Shown: positions 25,236 through 39,305, numbered from the stretch's first letter. The stretch: DNA of 55,679 bases from Chiloscyllium plagiosum (GCF_004010195.1 NC_057743.1:13974422-14030100); one strand, 5' to 3'. A program made the numbers and translations. The notes: generated by a model from the sequence alone, not told the origin.

Positions 25236-26514
25236 TTTTCACAACCAAGGTTGGTGAAACTCTCAAAGGTCTTGAACTGAAGACAAAAAATGCTGGAAAT
25301 CACAGTGGGTCAGGCAGCATCCATGGAGAGGGAACAAGCTAAAGTCTTGAGTCTAGATTGCTCTTCATCACGAAAGTCTTTACAGCCAATGAGGAACTTC
25401 TGATGCTGTAACACTATATCAGGCTTGCACAGCAAGCTCCCACAGATGTTAAGATGTCAACGACTAAGTAACTTTTTTTCTGTTGTTGATTGAGGGGCAA
25501 CTAATCATCAGGTACGTCACAAAACAACCAAATCATTACACAGGAGGCCATTCAGTCCATCATGTTTGTTCCCGTACTTGGGGAAACTCCCCTGCTCTTT
25601 ATCAAAACAGTGGCATGCAATCTTTTACAACCGCCCCCCCCCGCCGCCCCGCCGTCCCCCCAGCCCCGAACAAGCAGATCGAGTGTCAGTTTAGTATCTT
25701 AGCTAAATTTCAGCCCTTTCAACAATGCAGCCCTCCCTCAGTATCACACAGGAGGCTTGAATGGGGACCTGAACCTGGGAATTTTATGATTCAGAGGAGA
25801 GGGTGCTACCATCCGAACCGAGCGTATGAAAAGGTTGGTGGTTATGGATCAAAACAAAGGCAAACAGGACAGTATGCTGCGATGGCTAGTCGTATGTCAG
25901 GGACTTGTGGAATATAATATGTAGGTGTGAGGGAGAGTCAGTGAAGTATGCCTCCGGTGTACTACCTCTTATCACCAGCAGGAGGTTAAAAGTGATAGTG
26001 AGAGGTGTGGCTGGCTGTATTAAGGCCCAGGCCTCTGCCCTTTCCCTCCATAACTATAGTTTTTTTTCAAACTAGTTGGGCTGTTACATTTTAGAAGAAT
26101 GTCCCAGGTTTGTAGTGTAATTATACATTGCTTGTTATCTGAGAATTTAGAGGCGTTTCCTTTAATACCAGTAAGAATGTTATCGAGGGTTACAATAAAA
26201 ACAGTGAGATCATCACTAAAGATCCCCTATTAGAAGTTCCTAAAAAACACTATTTTAGCTCTGAGCACTAATTTTAACGGACAGTGCCCATGTACAATAC
26301 AAATTAATATACTTCACACATCTAGATTTCTGTAACACTGAATGATTCTAGAATGAATGAGGAAAAAGAAATACTTGCACATTCGACTTTTCGTTTAGCA
26401 GTTTAACTGAAAGCTGCACAAAATGTTCAGCTTCACAGGCATGTACAATGGCTGAAACCTGAAGAGTACTGATACACAGAGGGATCTGGCTGTGCAGGTC
26501 CACAGATCATTGAA

Positions 26515-27480
26515 TATGGCTCAGTGGTTAGCACTTCTACCTCACAGCACCAGGGATCTGGGTTCAGTCTCAGCCTTGGGTGACTGTGTGGAGTTTGCAC
26601 ATTCTCCCCATGCCGGTGTCGGTTTCCTCTGGGTGCTCCGGTTTCCTCCTGCAGTCCAAAGATGTGCAGATTAGGTGGATTGGCCATGCTAAATTGCCCA
26701 CAGTGTCCAGGAATATGGGTTAGGTGGGAAATACAGAGTTATAGGTTAGTGGGGTGAGTCTGGGTAGGATGCTCCTCAAAGAGTTGTTTTGGACTTGTTG
26801 GGCCAAATGGCCTGTTTCCACACTGGAGGGATTCTATGATGATTCAGTCTTTGATAAGGTAGTAAAAAAAGCCTATGGCATGATTGCCTTCATTGGAGGG
26901 GGCATTGAGTATAGGGATAGACAAGTTATGCTGCAGCTTTGTAGAACTTTCGTTAGGCCAGACTTGGAATATTGTGTACAGTTCTGGTCACCAGTTCTGG
27001 AGAAGGTACAGAAAAGGTTTACCAGGATGTTGCCTGGTAGGAGGGATTTTAGCTATGAAGAAAGGTTGGATAGACTGGGATTGTTTTCACTGGAACGCAG
27101 GAGGCTGAGGGACTACATGATAGAAATTTATAAGGTGGTGAATGGAATGGATAGAATGGAAAGTATGAGGCTTTTCCCCAGGGTGGAGGGATCAATTACT
27201 AGGGGACACAGGTTCAAGGTGTGAGGGGGGGTTTAAAAGAGATGTGTGAGGCATGTTTTTCACACAAAGGGTGGTGGGTGCCAGGAAGGCGCTGCCAGAG
27301 GAGGTGGTGGAAGCAGACACAATAGCAGCATTCAAGAAGCACCTGGACAAATACATGAATAGGAAGGGAATAGAGGGATACTGATCCTGTAAGTGAAGAC
27401 AGAGTATGGCAGGGCAAAATGTATCATTGCAAGCTTGGAGGACCGAAGGGCCTGTTCCTGTGCTATATTGTTCTTTGTAC
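26515..27480 (+). mobile_element. HE1-like V-SINE (about 26515-26845) followed by a CR1 3' fragment (about 26850-27480)
   Basis: V-domain; ORF VRPDLEYCVQFWSP..LEKVQKRFTRMLPG..YEERLDRLGLFSLERRRLR. Confidence 0.88.
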
Positions 27481-29954
27481 CCTGTGCACATATAAATATT
27501 GAGGTCACATGCCCATCTTTTATTTACAAATCAGAAATGATTCTTTACTCAGCTTCCAAGTTAGGCTAATAATGAAAGTGTTGGATATGGGAGGGTGAGG
27601 TGCAGTGTGGGTTAGCTCAGTTTGTTAAATGGTTGGAGTGCAGTGCAGACGTACCCCGCTGGTGAAGTTGCTACCCTCAAACTATACATCACCAACTACT
27701 TTGACCTAATGGATAGAAATGCCTTTGGAATTTTATGGACAATGTGTTGGATTAACACAAGGGAAGAAGGTGACAAAATGACTGATGGGAATTACTTAAA
27801 ATGTGCGGAGAGGAAGGAGCTGAATCAAAGGCTTTATGCAAATTATTTAAAAATATAATTGTGTTCCTCTTTGTCATTTGATTCTGGATTCCTGAGGGCC
27901 CTAAGCTCAGAGCATTAGGGTTACCCTGGTGGGGAAAGGGTTTGGAGTTGGTAGCTGAGGAACAATGTGGGAGATGGGGTGGACCGGGGTAGCCCTGAGA
28001 TTTTGAATGGATCAGAAAGTGTGAAACCTGAGGCTGCACAGCTCCATATTAGGAAAGAGAAAACAAATATAATGCACAATATAACTTCATAAATAAAACC
28101 TGAAATGCAACCTACAGCAATGGTTCTGGGAAATGCATCTAGGAAAAGCAACACTGCCACCTAGCATTTAAAATACAAGGACACACAGAACTGAACATGA
28201 TATCCAGGCTGTGTTGAAGTGTGACAATCCAGGAAGTGGACTCTAGGCTTTTTAACAGAGATAAGGTATGACTGTGTTACAGATTGTACCGCTGAATTCA
28301 ATATCCTGTTCTTTCAAACCAACTAACCGGTAGGCCTTTTATGACTGCTGATATGATTTATTTGAAGAAGGGATGAGACCTGCATTTATATAGCACCTTC
28401 CACAATCTCTCGGTATCAAATTGCTTCAGAACAAACCTCCATTCCTGTCACTTTTCTAACGTGCAGCTAATTTGCATGCAGCAAACTCCTACGAATTCCC
28501 ATGTAATTAAAGAACCAGATCACTTGTTTTTGGTGATATTGATTGCAGGTTGAGTACCAGCTAGGAAACCGATGGGAACTCACCTGCTCCTCTGTGAAAG
28601 AATACTGGGGGGGGGGGGGGGGTTGTTTATGTGTCCCAAGCTGGGGCCTTGGGTTTGATATCAGCACCTCTCCATCATAGTGGCGATCAGTCAATGTGAC
28701 ACAAGTCTAGATTTTCTGCTTCAGTTTCTGGAGTGTGTTTTAAAACTTTCTGACTCAGAGGCGAGCACAAACCCTTCTGAGCTACCGTTGCCACCTGATG
28801 ATTGGACATGAAAAATAACACTACCCGACTTCTGGTTTCCGGTGGTTTGTTGCAAGCCGCGGTGCATTTCCTTTCAAGTCTTGAACGGGTGTATGTCTGC
28901 CTTTTCAGCCAGGCGCTGGACTCAAACGGCTTCTTAAGCAGAAGTGAAACTTCCTTTTCTCTCTCCACAGTCATGCAGAGCAGGTCTAATCACGCAGAGA
29001 AAGGCAAGAACATAACCTTCACTTATCGTCTGTTCAGAACATCCCAGAGCGTGTCACATACAACGATGTAGGCAAATATATCATATTCAATTTGTACACA
29101 GAGCCAGCATTTATATAGTGTCCTTCATGACTTTATCAATTTATACCCATTTAAATATGTAGTTGCTACTGTCATGTAGGACTGGTTATGTAGAATATAG
29201 AACTTCATTGTGTTTAGATTGAAAGGCACGTGCTCTAGGACACTGGGACAGCCTGTACTGTATTCCCTTAATCTTTAGCAATCACCGGAAAGGGCAGAGG
29301 GAGCCTCGATTTAGCATCTCCCTGAACTCTTCAAAACTGCACAGAAGGGTCAGTCGAGGTCACGCTACTGTAGAGGGTGCCAGTGAGGTTTGAACTCTCA
29401 ATGTTCTAACTAACAAGGAAGTGTTTAGGACACACAATATTTGGTAATGACCCCCACTTTGTTTTGAGCTAAAGTCCATAAAAGTATCTCACAGGCAATC
29501 ACATGGTTACCAGAGAGTTTGGGATGTTGAAGCCCTCTGTTCCACCTCTTTATCATTGTGGGGGTCACTGGCTAGGCCAGCATGTATTGCTCAGAGGGCA
29601 GTTAAGAGTCAACCACATTGCTGTGGGTTCAGAGTCACATGTAGGCCAGCAGTTTCCTTTCCTAAAGAACATTAGTGAACCAGATCGGTTCTTCCAACAA
29701 TCAGTAAAAATTTCTCAGTCATCATTCGAATCTTAATTCCAGATTTTTATTGAATTCAAATTCCTCCATGTGCTGGTGGTGGAATTTGAACCTGGGTTCA
29801 CCAGAATATTACCTGGGTCTCTGGATTAGTAGCTAAGTGATAAACCACTAGGCTATCACCTCCCTAGTACATTGATCATTTGATCATCTTCCTAAGTGCC
29901 TGCCATGCTGTTTCCTCAATGCAGTAGTCTTGGCAATTCGGAGCTTCATCCGGA

Positions 29955-30071
29955 GGTTCACTGATGACGTTACCTAGTAATGGTGACGAAACGTCTGAAA
30001 ATAAACCTTCTAGCTCAGCGAGCAAACCTACATCCAGAACCTCAACCTGAGCTACAAATCTTCTCAAAACA
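29955..30071 (+). mobile_element. Penelope-type terminal fragment with an intact hammerhead core
   Basis: ttca CTGATGA c GTTACC tagtaat GGTGAC GAAA CGTC tgaa. Tail (cctgagctacaaatcttctc) is shared with about 19640-19710. Confidence 0.75.
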
Positions 30072-30279
30072 GTCTTGCCATTGTCATCCATTTTGAGGAG
30101 GGGTTAAGACGAGGAGTTGTAAAACAAGAACTGATAGAATAATGGAACCCCCATGATAATGACGTTGCCTGTGCTTTTGAACAGTTTGCATTGAAACATT
30201 TAGGCTTTATATCCGGATGAAGCTCTGAATTGCAAGACTATTGCATTGAGGAAACAGCATGGCATGTTAACTAGAATGG

Positions 30280-30780
30280 GAACTGAGTATACTGAGCCTC
30301 TGTTCCCTAGAATTTAGAAGACTGAGAGGTGATCCCGTGGGAACGTATGAAGTTTTTTAAGGGACTTGACAGTTAAGGTGCCGAGAGAGAATTTCCCATT
30401 GGTGTGTCTAGAAGTAGGAGTCACAGTCTCAGAAATGTAATGTCCTCACACACAAAGGTCTATGAATCATTGGAATTCACCAAGCCTGCAGAGCTCAGTT
30501 GCTGAGTATACTCAAGATGTGCAGGTGCCGGTGTTGGAGTAGGGTGGACGAAGTTAAAAATCACACAACACCAGGTTATAGTCCAACAGGTTTATTTGGA
30601 AGTGTAAGCTTTCGCAGCGCTGCTCCTTCGTCAAGTATATTCAAGACAAAGATTGTTAGGTATTTGGATACTTACAGATATGGGGATAGTGCAGGGACGT
30701 GAAGCTGAGGTAGATCAGCCATGACTGTAGTGAATGACAGTGGAAGCTGATTGAGGTATTCCTGCTCCTACTTCCTCTCC
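30280..30780 (+). mobile_element. Old CR1 3' fragment with nested Penelope-type end (about 30515-30634, minus)
   Basis: ctagaatttagaagactgagaggtgat; acacaacaccaggttatagtccaacagg motif shared with 17200. Confidence 0.7.
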
Positions 30781-32479
30781 TCAAACTTTATTTGAGGAGA
30801 GCCATGTGTGAATATTGTTATATCTGCAAATCCATTGTGAAGAATATCCTTGACCTGTAAGCACTTGCATGATTGGCAGCATAATTAAAATAGTTTGAAT
30901 GCTCAACAACAGAAGATTTGAATCTCTGTTGTTCTTCCTAGCTTCCAACCAACAGACTGAAATGGCAACTCCCATTGTGGTATACTTTCTGCTTATGAAG
31001 GTACTCTGGCTCCACCCAGGGTTTGTTTTCTGGCTCACAGACTGTTATACATTAATCACTGGATGAGGTAGCAACCATTGATGTTCCTCTGATTAAAATG
31101 GCACGTAATCTTGCTGTGACCTGTTCGTGCCTAAAGCATTTACTAACAATGAATTGTCCTGCTTTCAGTCAACAGGGATATCCAGCCTCCTCTTCAAACT
31201 TATATTTGGGGTTTGATCAATGACTGGAAAGGCTATAATTTCACATTCATCACAAAATCCCTGAAAAGGCCTTTCCTTAATGCTGTGTTAGCTGATACAG
31301 CTTAGTGTTTTCTAAACCATTTCACAGAGTGGAGCATGTCCAGGTGGGTTTATGGCGTTGTACACAGGTCAGACCAGGGCAGTACATCAGCTTTCCATCC
31401 CTAAAAACTTAGTTGGATTTTTATCAGCACATTTGACAGCATTAGGCTATTGATTCCACCTTTTTTTAATCTTTGTAACTACCATGGGAAATCAACTCAA
31501 GGTCTCTAGGGGAGCAGACTCCCCCTATGAGGTGGACAAAATCATTAGTCACATGACACCAGATTATAATCCAACAGGTTTATTTGAAATCACAAGCTTT
31601 CAGAGCATTGCTCCTTCATCATCTGATTTCAGGTCAACCCGTTGGACTATAACCTGGTGTTGTGTGACTTCTGACTTTGTCCAGCCCAGTCCAACACCAG
31701 CACCTCCACATTATGGCTTGCCCTATGGGGAGAGAGGGAAACAGGCTACTGAGTTGGATAATCAGCTAAGATCATATTGAATGGGGGAGCAGGCTCAGAG
31801 GGCCAAATGGCTTACTCCTGCTCCTATTCTCTGTTTCTATGGATCATTGGACCAGCTAGTCACTGGATTACTAACCCAGTACACTGCACCACTGTGTGGT
31901 TTCAAACTCAGAACTACCTCTTCTCAATACAACTTCCTGTTCCAATTAAAATGAGCTTTTCAGATGCAAACTGAATTCCCTTTTTAAAATGAGATTGAGG
32001 CTGCATCAACGATAACATCAAATTCCTCCCAGCCTCTCCCTGATCTTATCTCTTGATGTTCCTTCTGTCCTGCTTTTCAATTCTGTGTGAAGGCGCTGAA
32101 GGTTTCTGTTCTGTCGCTGTTATGTACTTTGGGTGTTTTCCAATCTGCTTTTATTTTCAGTTGCATGCGGTCGCAAAAGTGGAAAAAGAAGAAAAACTTT
32201 TCAAAAACTCCCCGGTGATGAACCCGCCCTCGCTGGAGCAGGTTTACAAACTGCGGTGGCTGCATGTTGAACCAGCTGCTTTACCCCCTCCCCATGTGTG
32301 GGCCTGCTCAATTGGCAGATGACCCAAGTAAATCCTGTTGCTCAGACACGCATTTTCTGTCGGCTGGTTATATTGTTTATCCTCTGCTCTGCATCCTCCC
32401 GAGTCCCCATGCCCAGTTGTAAACCCTACATTATACTTTGCTCCCAGTCTCTCAACTCAGTGCAGAAATTAGACCCAAA

Positions 32480-33010
32480 CAAAAACTGAAATTGATGGAA
32501 AAGTTCTGGCCGCATCAGTGGCGAGAAATCAGAGTTAACGTTCCGGGTCCAGAGACCGTTCCTCAGAACTGAGGATAACTAGGAAAATGTTGAGTATATG
32601 CAGAAGGTAGGGTGGGGTGAGGAGTAAACGATAGGTGGTGATAGAGCACAAAGAGAGAGAAAAACAGTTGGACAAAGGAGTGGATAATAATCTGGCAAGG
32701 AGGGTGAATAGCTAGTAATGGGGACAGTTAGTGGCTAACAGTGGGTTGTGTATAATAGCAGACTATGCGATAACAAGGGCTGTTGCGTGGGGATTGAGGT
32801 AAGGACATGGGAGAGCTCAAGACCTAAAGTTGTTGAGTTCAATTTTGAGTCCAGAGGACTGCAGGATCCCCAAGTGTAAAATGAGGTGCTGTTCTTCCAA
32901 TTTGCACTGAGCTTCGCTGGAGCACTGCAGAAAGCCTGAGACGGAGATATTGGCCAGGGAACAGGATGGGGTGTTAAACTGGCAGGCAACTGGAAGCTCA
33001 GAGTCTTTTC
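32480..33010 (-). mobile_element. Penelope-like 3' fragment (GIY-YIG C-terminus, 3' UTR, degenerate hammerhead)
   Basis: Minus frame GFLQCSSEAQCKLEEQHLILHLGILQSSGLKIELNNFRS; agtt CTGAGGA...GGAA CGTT aact at about 32533-32570. Confidence 0.7.
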
Positions 33011-33438
33011 TGTGGGCAGAAAATAGACCATTGACTCAGAGTGGGGAGCTGCCCTCAGTATTTCTGAAATACCAAATCCATGTTTACAGTAAACCACAAT
33101 AGGTGGATGACAAGGGAATGAATTGGGTACTTGCAGAATTGTTTTGTTTTACAAGCTCTGAAATAACCTTAAAATTACATCATTCTGGGTGATATTGAGT
33201 AGTGTATGCTCATACAAAGGGTTTGAACAATGTGGAACTCAATGACCCCAAAGGGCTGTCGCAATCAGTTCAGAATTTCAAGCCTGTGTTCGGCAAAAGT
33301 ATTATCAGTTATGGAACTAAAGCAGGTGGGTGGAGTTAGATCACAAATCAACCATGATCCGGTTGAATGGCAGTACAGGTTGGAGGGGCTGAATGGCCTG
33401 TTCATGTGTGTACGATTACTTGCTAATGGAATGGGTGA

Positions 33439-33765
<327 letters not shown>

Positions 33766-34646
33766 TAACCCGGTTCTGACAGATGCCTGAAAGGAAGCAA
33801 GAGGAAATTTAATATGGTTCTAGGTTGACCTATGCACAGGCATTGTAAATGCGGCTCGTCCACATTCCCAGATAGAATTGGGGGTCACTTGGATAGCCGG
33901 GATCACAACTGTAATTTTAACTTGCTGATGGCTGGCCTCTCCATTGTCAGTGTGTTTTACTGGGACACAGACTGAGCAATGTCTGGGCCTTGGGGACAGG
34001 GTGGGTCGAGCTCTCAAACTGTTGGCAATCAGAACAAAATGATGGTATCTGACCTCCAGGCTCACCAACAGCATCATTTACATTTGTCTCTGGTGACTTT
34101 GTCGTTAGTCATCGAGGTCCGGAACTCCCTTTCCAAACGTCATCACCTCTACGCTTCTTTCTCCTGCTTTAAGACTATCTCTTTTGGTCGTCTGTGCTAA
34201 TAGTTTTTTTTTATTCAGTTTGCCTGAATTAACAAACTTGTCTTCGGGCACTTAACTACAACAAGGTCATTATTTAAATGCAAACTGCATTTATGTGCGA
34301 GAGATACTCTTTAGTCTTCAACCTGGCACCATGAGTTCCCAAGGTCTTGGCAACGGGCGGTTTGACCAGCCTCTTGTGCCAGGCGTGACTTTGGAAACCA
34401 GGGCCACTGAAACCCAGCACTCAGAAACCTGAAAGGGCAAAAGATGAAGTCGACTAAACATTTGCTGACATTCTTTAGTTAATTCTTGGTCCATTTCCCA
34501 AAATAAGGAACTTTAAATTCCACCTTTTGTGTATTTTGTTCACCCAATTTATACAGAGTGTGTGAGAGATTATAGCCTGGCAAGGTCTCCTCTCCTCTTC
34601 ACATTCCTGAGTGCCACATCCCTGAATGCAGCATCTTAATGTTCAT

Positions 34647-36625
34647 TGCAACAAGGTCAGCCAAGTGGACCTCATAGAATATGAGTTCCCTGATTGGGGA
34701 ACCTGGTTAACCTGGTCCAATCAGGGAGCCCTGGCTGACAGATGTAAGCAGGAGTGTTGCTACAGTCGGTGTGCTCCTGCTCGTACTGAGGTGGAGAAGA
34801 GGCGTTTCTTTGTCTCTTTCCCCCTTTGTTTAGGAAAGATATTTGTTTCTTTTTTGTTTGGGTTTCTTTATTGTTTGTTTGTGTTTGTTTTTTCTTTATT
34901 TTGAGCTATGCCAAGCTATTTGGCAGCCACCACCATCGCTGCTGCTGCTGCAGCCTGGACTCTGCCTGGGCCACTGCTGTTGCTGCCTGGGGCCTGTATG
35001 TTACAAAGAAAAAAATAATTTTAAACAAGTATAAGCAGGAATGTCAGGGTCTGTGCTCACTCCAGGAGCAGGCTGAGGGAGCTGGGTCAGTGTCATGTAT
35101 TGTGTGTAAATGAAGGGCGGCTCGGTGACAAGACTGGCCTTTGTGGAGATATTTCAATGGCCAAGAGAATGCGATGTCTTCCTATGTGGCATCGGGGGAG
35201 TGTCAGCTCAACAGTGGCCCAACGGAGAAGAACGCCCAATATTGTATGCTTCCTGAGCTTTGATGCCAAACGCAAAGACACCCAGATAAAGAAGCAAGGT
35301 TTGGCGGTCATCTTTGGTGTGAGGAAGTTCCACTAGTACCATTGGATGTAAATTTACAATAGTAAAGGATTAGAAACCTCCGCTCAGGCTACTTAAAGAG
35401 GACAGGATTGTGCCACCCATAACCGCAGGTCAAATCCAGCAGTGGGCTCGTATTCTGAGTGTGTACAATGACAAACTGGAACATCATCCAAGAGGGCCAA
35501 GTCCAAATGCAGATGCTTTGAGTTGCATCCTACTGAAGGATGCACCACCGGTGGTGCCACCCCTGGAAGAGTCTGTTCTGGTTTAAATCTTTCTGGTCAC
35601 CGTGACAATATCAGATTGTGGACACAGAAAGATTCCATCCTGGCAAAACCAAAACAGCTGCTGGTGATGGGGGAAACACAATGGCCACCACAACCAGAGT
35701 TGAAAACTTTCTGGATCCGGTGAGACTAGGTCATCACAGAGAGCAGCATATTATTATGGGGAATGACAGTGATCAAAGGTCACCGCAGGTACTGGCTGAT
35801 CTCCACCAGGATCATCCAGAGGCTTCCAAAATGAAGATGTTGGTAAGACATTATGGCTGGTGGCCAGGATTGGATGCCGATGTAGCCATATTGGTGGGGC
35901 AGTACGCAGAGTGTCAACAAGGACAAAAATTACTGCAGCAGCTCCCCCCCCCCTGACATTTGAGGGACTAGCTGGGTAAGCCCTGGAGTTGGTTACACCT
36001 CGAAAATGCTGGTCTTTCTTGGGTTCTACATTTTGTAGTCACTGTGGACGCCTATTCAAAGTGGTAAGAAGTGTATAGAGTTCATTCATCAAACCCGGGG
36101 GAGGGGTGATGATTGAAAAGCTGCATCTTTTGTAATACACAGATTCCCAGTGGGGTTGGTCACAGACATCGCGCCATCATTCACCAGCAGTGAATTTGAG
36201 TATTTCCTAAAGTTGAATGGCATTTGGCATGTAAGGACAACACCATACCATCCATCGTTCAATGGTCTGGTGGAAAGAGCAATCCAAACTTCGAAGGCAG
36301 GCTTAAAGAAACAGCCTACAGCTTTACCAAATTCCCAGTTCCTGTTTGATTATAGGACCATCCCTCATGCAACGACAGAGAAAGCTCCTGCAGAGTTGCT
36401 AATGAGGAGAAGATTGCACACCATGCCATCATTAAACAAGTTCCCTGACTGGGGCTGTTAACCTGGTCCAATCAGGGAGCCTTGGCTGACAGGTAGAAAC
36501 AGGAGTATCAAGGACTCTGCTCATTCTGAGAGCTGGCTGTGCTAACTGGGTCAGTATCATACATTGAGCAATGTAAATAAAGGGTGACTTGGTGACGGGA
36601 TACCAGCCTTTGTGGAGCTGTTTCA
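34647..36625 (+). mobile_element. Internally deleted Gypsy-type LTR retrotransposon (5' LTR about 34647-35156, interrupted; partial 3' LTR about 36438-36625)
   Basis: RNase H remnant QIKKQGLAVIFGVRKFH; integrase remnants KMLVRHYGWWPGLDADV and LVTD..FTSSEF..NGIWHVRTTPYHPSFNGLVERAIQT; direct repeats ending TTTCA. No gag or RT seen. Confidence 0.82.
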
Positions 36626-37099
36626 AGTGTCACATCTCTGTGCCCTACCCCCTGTCTTCTGTTCCTGTCTACACTGGGAATGTCTGATTTCACAAGCAAT
36701 GATTCCAGTCCCTAACAGGACTAGTATAGCTAGACTTTTATCACCTTATCAGATATTTTAAAAGGTTTTATGTGTGGAAGATGCTGTTTTGGTAAAACAG
36801 TTGAAGCTTCTTGCAGGCTGCCTGTGAAGATCCCATGAGCTATTAAGTGGCCTGCTGCCCCTCAATTTGGACTCTACTGAGCTCCCAGCATTTGGAAAAA
36901 ACATGGGCATCAGGTCATTGGGAACCTTACCGTCACTAAGTTCCCTTCCAGGTCACACAGCATCTTTCACCACTGCTGGGCCAAAATCCTGGAACTCTAT
37001 CCCAAACAGCCAGAACGCCTGCTTCAGCTTCTCTTACATTGACATGAATTATGCTTAGTGTTTTCCCATCTTCACTATCAGTGGCAACATCATTTATAG

Positions 37100-37291
<192 letters not shown>

Positions 37292-37334
37292 TAAATATTT
37301 CCAAGGAAAGGGAAGGAGATCCACATGTATTGCA

Positions 37335-37755
37335 GCCTGGCTTGGAGTGTATGACCTATAAGGACAAACTTGGATTGTTTGTTTTCGCTGAAGTGTCAGA
37401 GGCTGAGGGGTTACCTGACAGAAGTACATAAAATTATGAGAGGCATGGGTAGGGTGGACAGTAGGTTTCTTTCCCAGGATGGAAATGTCAAACAAGAGGA
37501 GGGATAAGTTTAAAGTGAGAAGGGGAAGATGAAAAGAAGGTGTACAAGGACAGTGTTTTATACAGATGTGGCAAGTACCTGGAATGTCGTGTCAGGGGGA
37601 GGTGGTAGAAGCAGATATGGTAGCACCATTTTAAGAGACATATGAACAGGCAGGGAATAGAGGAATATAGACCATATGCAGGCAGATGGGATTAGTTTAG
37701 GGCCGCACAGACATAATGGGATGAAGGGCCTGTTCCTGTGTTGTACTGTTCAATG
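37335..37755 (+). mobile_element. CR1 3' fragment in the last C1orf50 intron
   Basis: gaggctgaggggttacctgacagaagtacataaaattatgagagg; tail gaagggcctgttcctgtgttgtactgtt. Confidence 0.8.
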
Positions 37756-37873
37756 TTGAAAGTACTTCCTTGGCACGTGAGTGCTTTGGAATGACCTGAG
37801 GCTGTGAAAGTTATTGTATATTCAAATCTTGATCTTCTTATTCAACCTGTTCTTTATTTATGATTCACATTAG

Positions 37874-38107
<234 letters not shown>

Positions 38108-39060
38108 AAAAGCGGCTTTGATTCCAGAAAATACCGAGTTCTCTGACAGTCACGCGGGATAATTTTAAAACCTTGTTTCATGCCTATTTCTTTGTAATTC
38201 ATGGTTCCATTTCTTTCAGCAACACAGCCTGGAAATGACTGCGCGCTAACACTGATATTTTCATTTGATTTCCCTTTTGTTTGTTTACATCAGAGGGTAG
38301 GTAGTATTCTATGTATAGGAATTGGAGCAGCGTTGTATAAAATAACACACCAGGGATGAGCATAAGGAAACAATAAGCATTTACCTGCTAATATCAGCGA
38401 CAGCAAACCTGGTTAAGAAGGGAAGGTTTCATTTTCCTGCATGATGCCAAACAACACAAATAGTTATAATCACCTGAGGTTCTCAGATACACAGATGAAA
38501 TTAGCAAATTGGACTAAGTTATTATTTTACTTACCTGCACTTTGAATGTGATAACAAGGGACCTGGTTATAAATTGCTCACCCCAAAGGTATCACTATTG
38601 TTAATTGTTATGAAATAAGAATATTAAAAATAAGCAGTAGGAAACTATACAGTCCCTCAGGTCTGCTCCATCCATTCATCATGGCTGATTTTTATCTCAG
38701 CTCCCCTTTTCTGCCTGTTACCATATCTCTCAAACCAAAAATCTGTCCTGCTGCCTTCTATTCAACGATGGTACATCTGCAACCTTCGGTGGTAGACACG
38801 TCCAAAGACTTTCAACTCTGAGTGAAGAGGTTCTTCCGAAACTCTGTCGTAAACGATTGGACCCTGACCCTTTAAGCTCCATACTCTAAATTCCTCCCAA
38901 TGTACTTAAACTGCACATCTTTAGACTGTGGGGGCGAACTGGAGCGCCCGAAAGAAACCCATGCAGTGACGGAAACTGTGATTCTAATGCTGTGTAGTGT
39001 GTGAAGGGACTGATGTGTTTCACACAGCCATCAGTTTACTGAAATCCCCTCTACAATGGA

Positions 39061-39066
39061 AATAAA
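39061..39066 (+). terminator. Candidate C1orf50 polyadenylation signal
   Basis: AATAAA about 950 nt after the stop codon; an ATTAAA near 38622 is an alternative. Confidence 0.35.
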
Positions 39067-39305
39067 CTTTGAGTTTTGAAAACTGACGATCAAAGAGAGA
39101 AGTAAACGTTTGGCCTATTACAGAATGGGTGTGACATCATAGACAACAGCTCAACATAGCTACAATGTGGTAGTTTTACCTAAGGGCCAGTGGTTGATAC
39201 AAGGTAAAATAAATTGGAGTAGTTTCATACTAATCCTAATGGGCATTGGTGCAAACTCTGCCCCAATTCCACACGGAATTTTCAGTCAGGGTTTCTACAG
39301 GGATT

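Noticed and set aside
27950-28000. Minus-strand GYPGPP after a CAG as a further collagen exon
   Set aside because: Only two triplets and no donor site.
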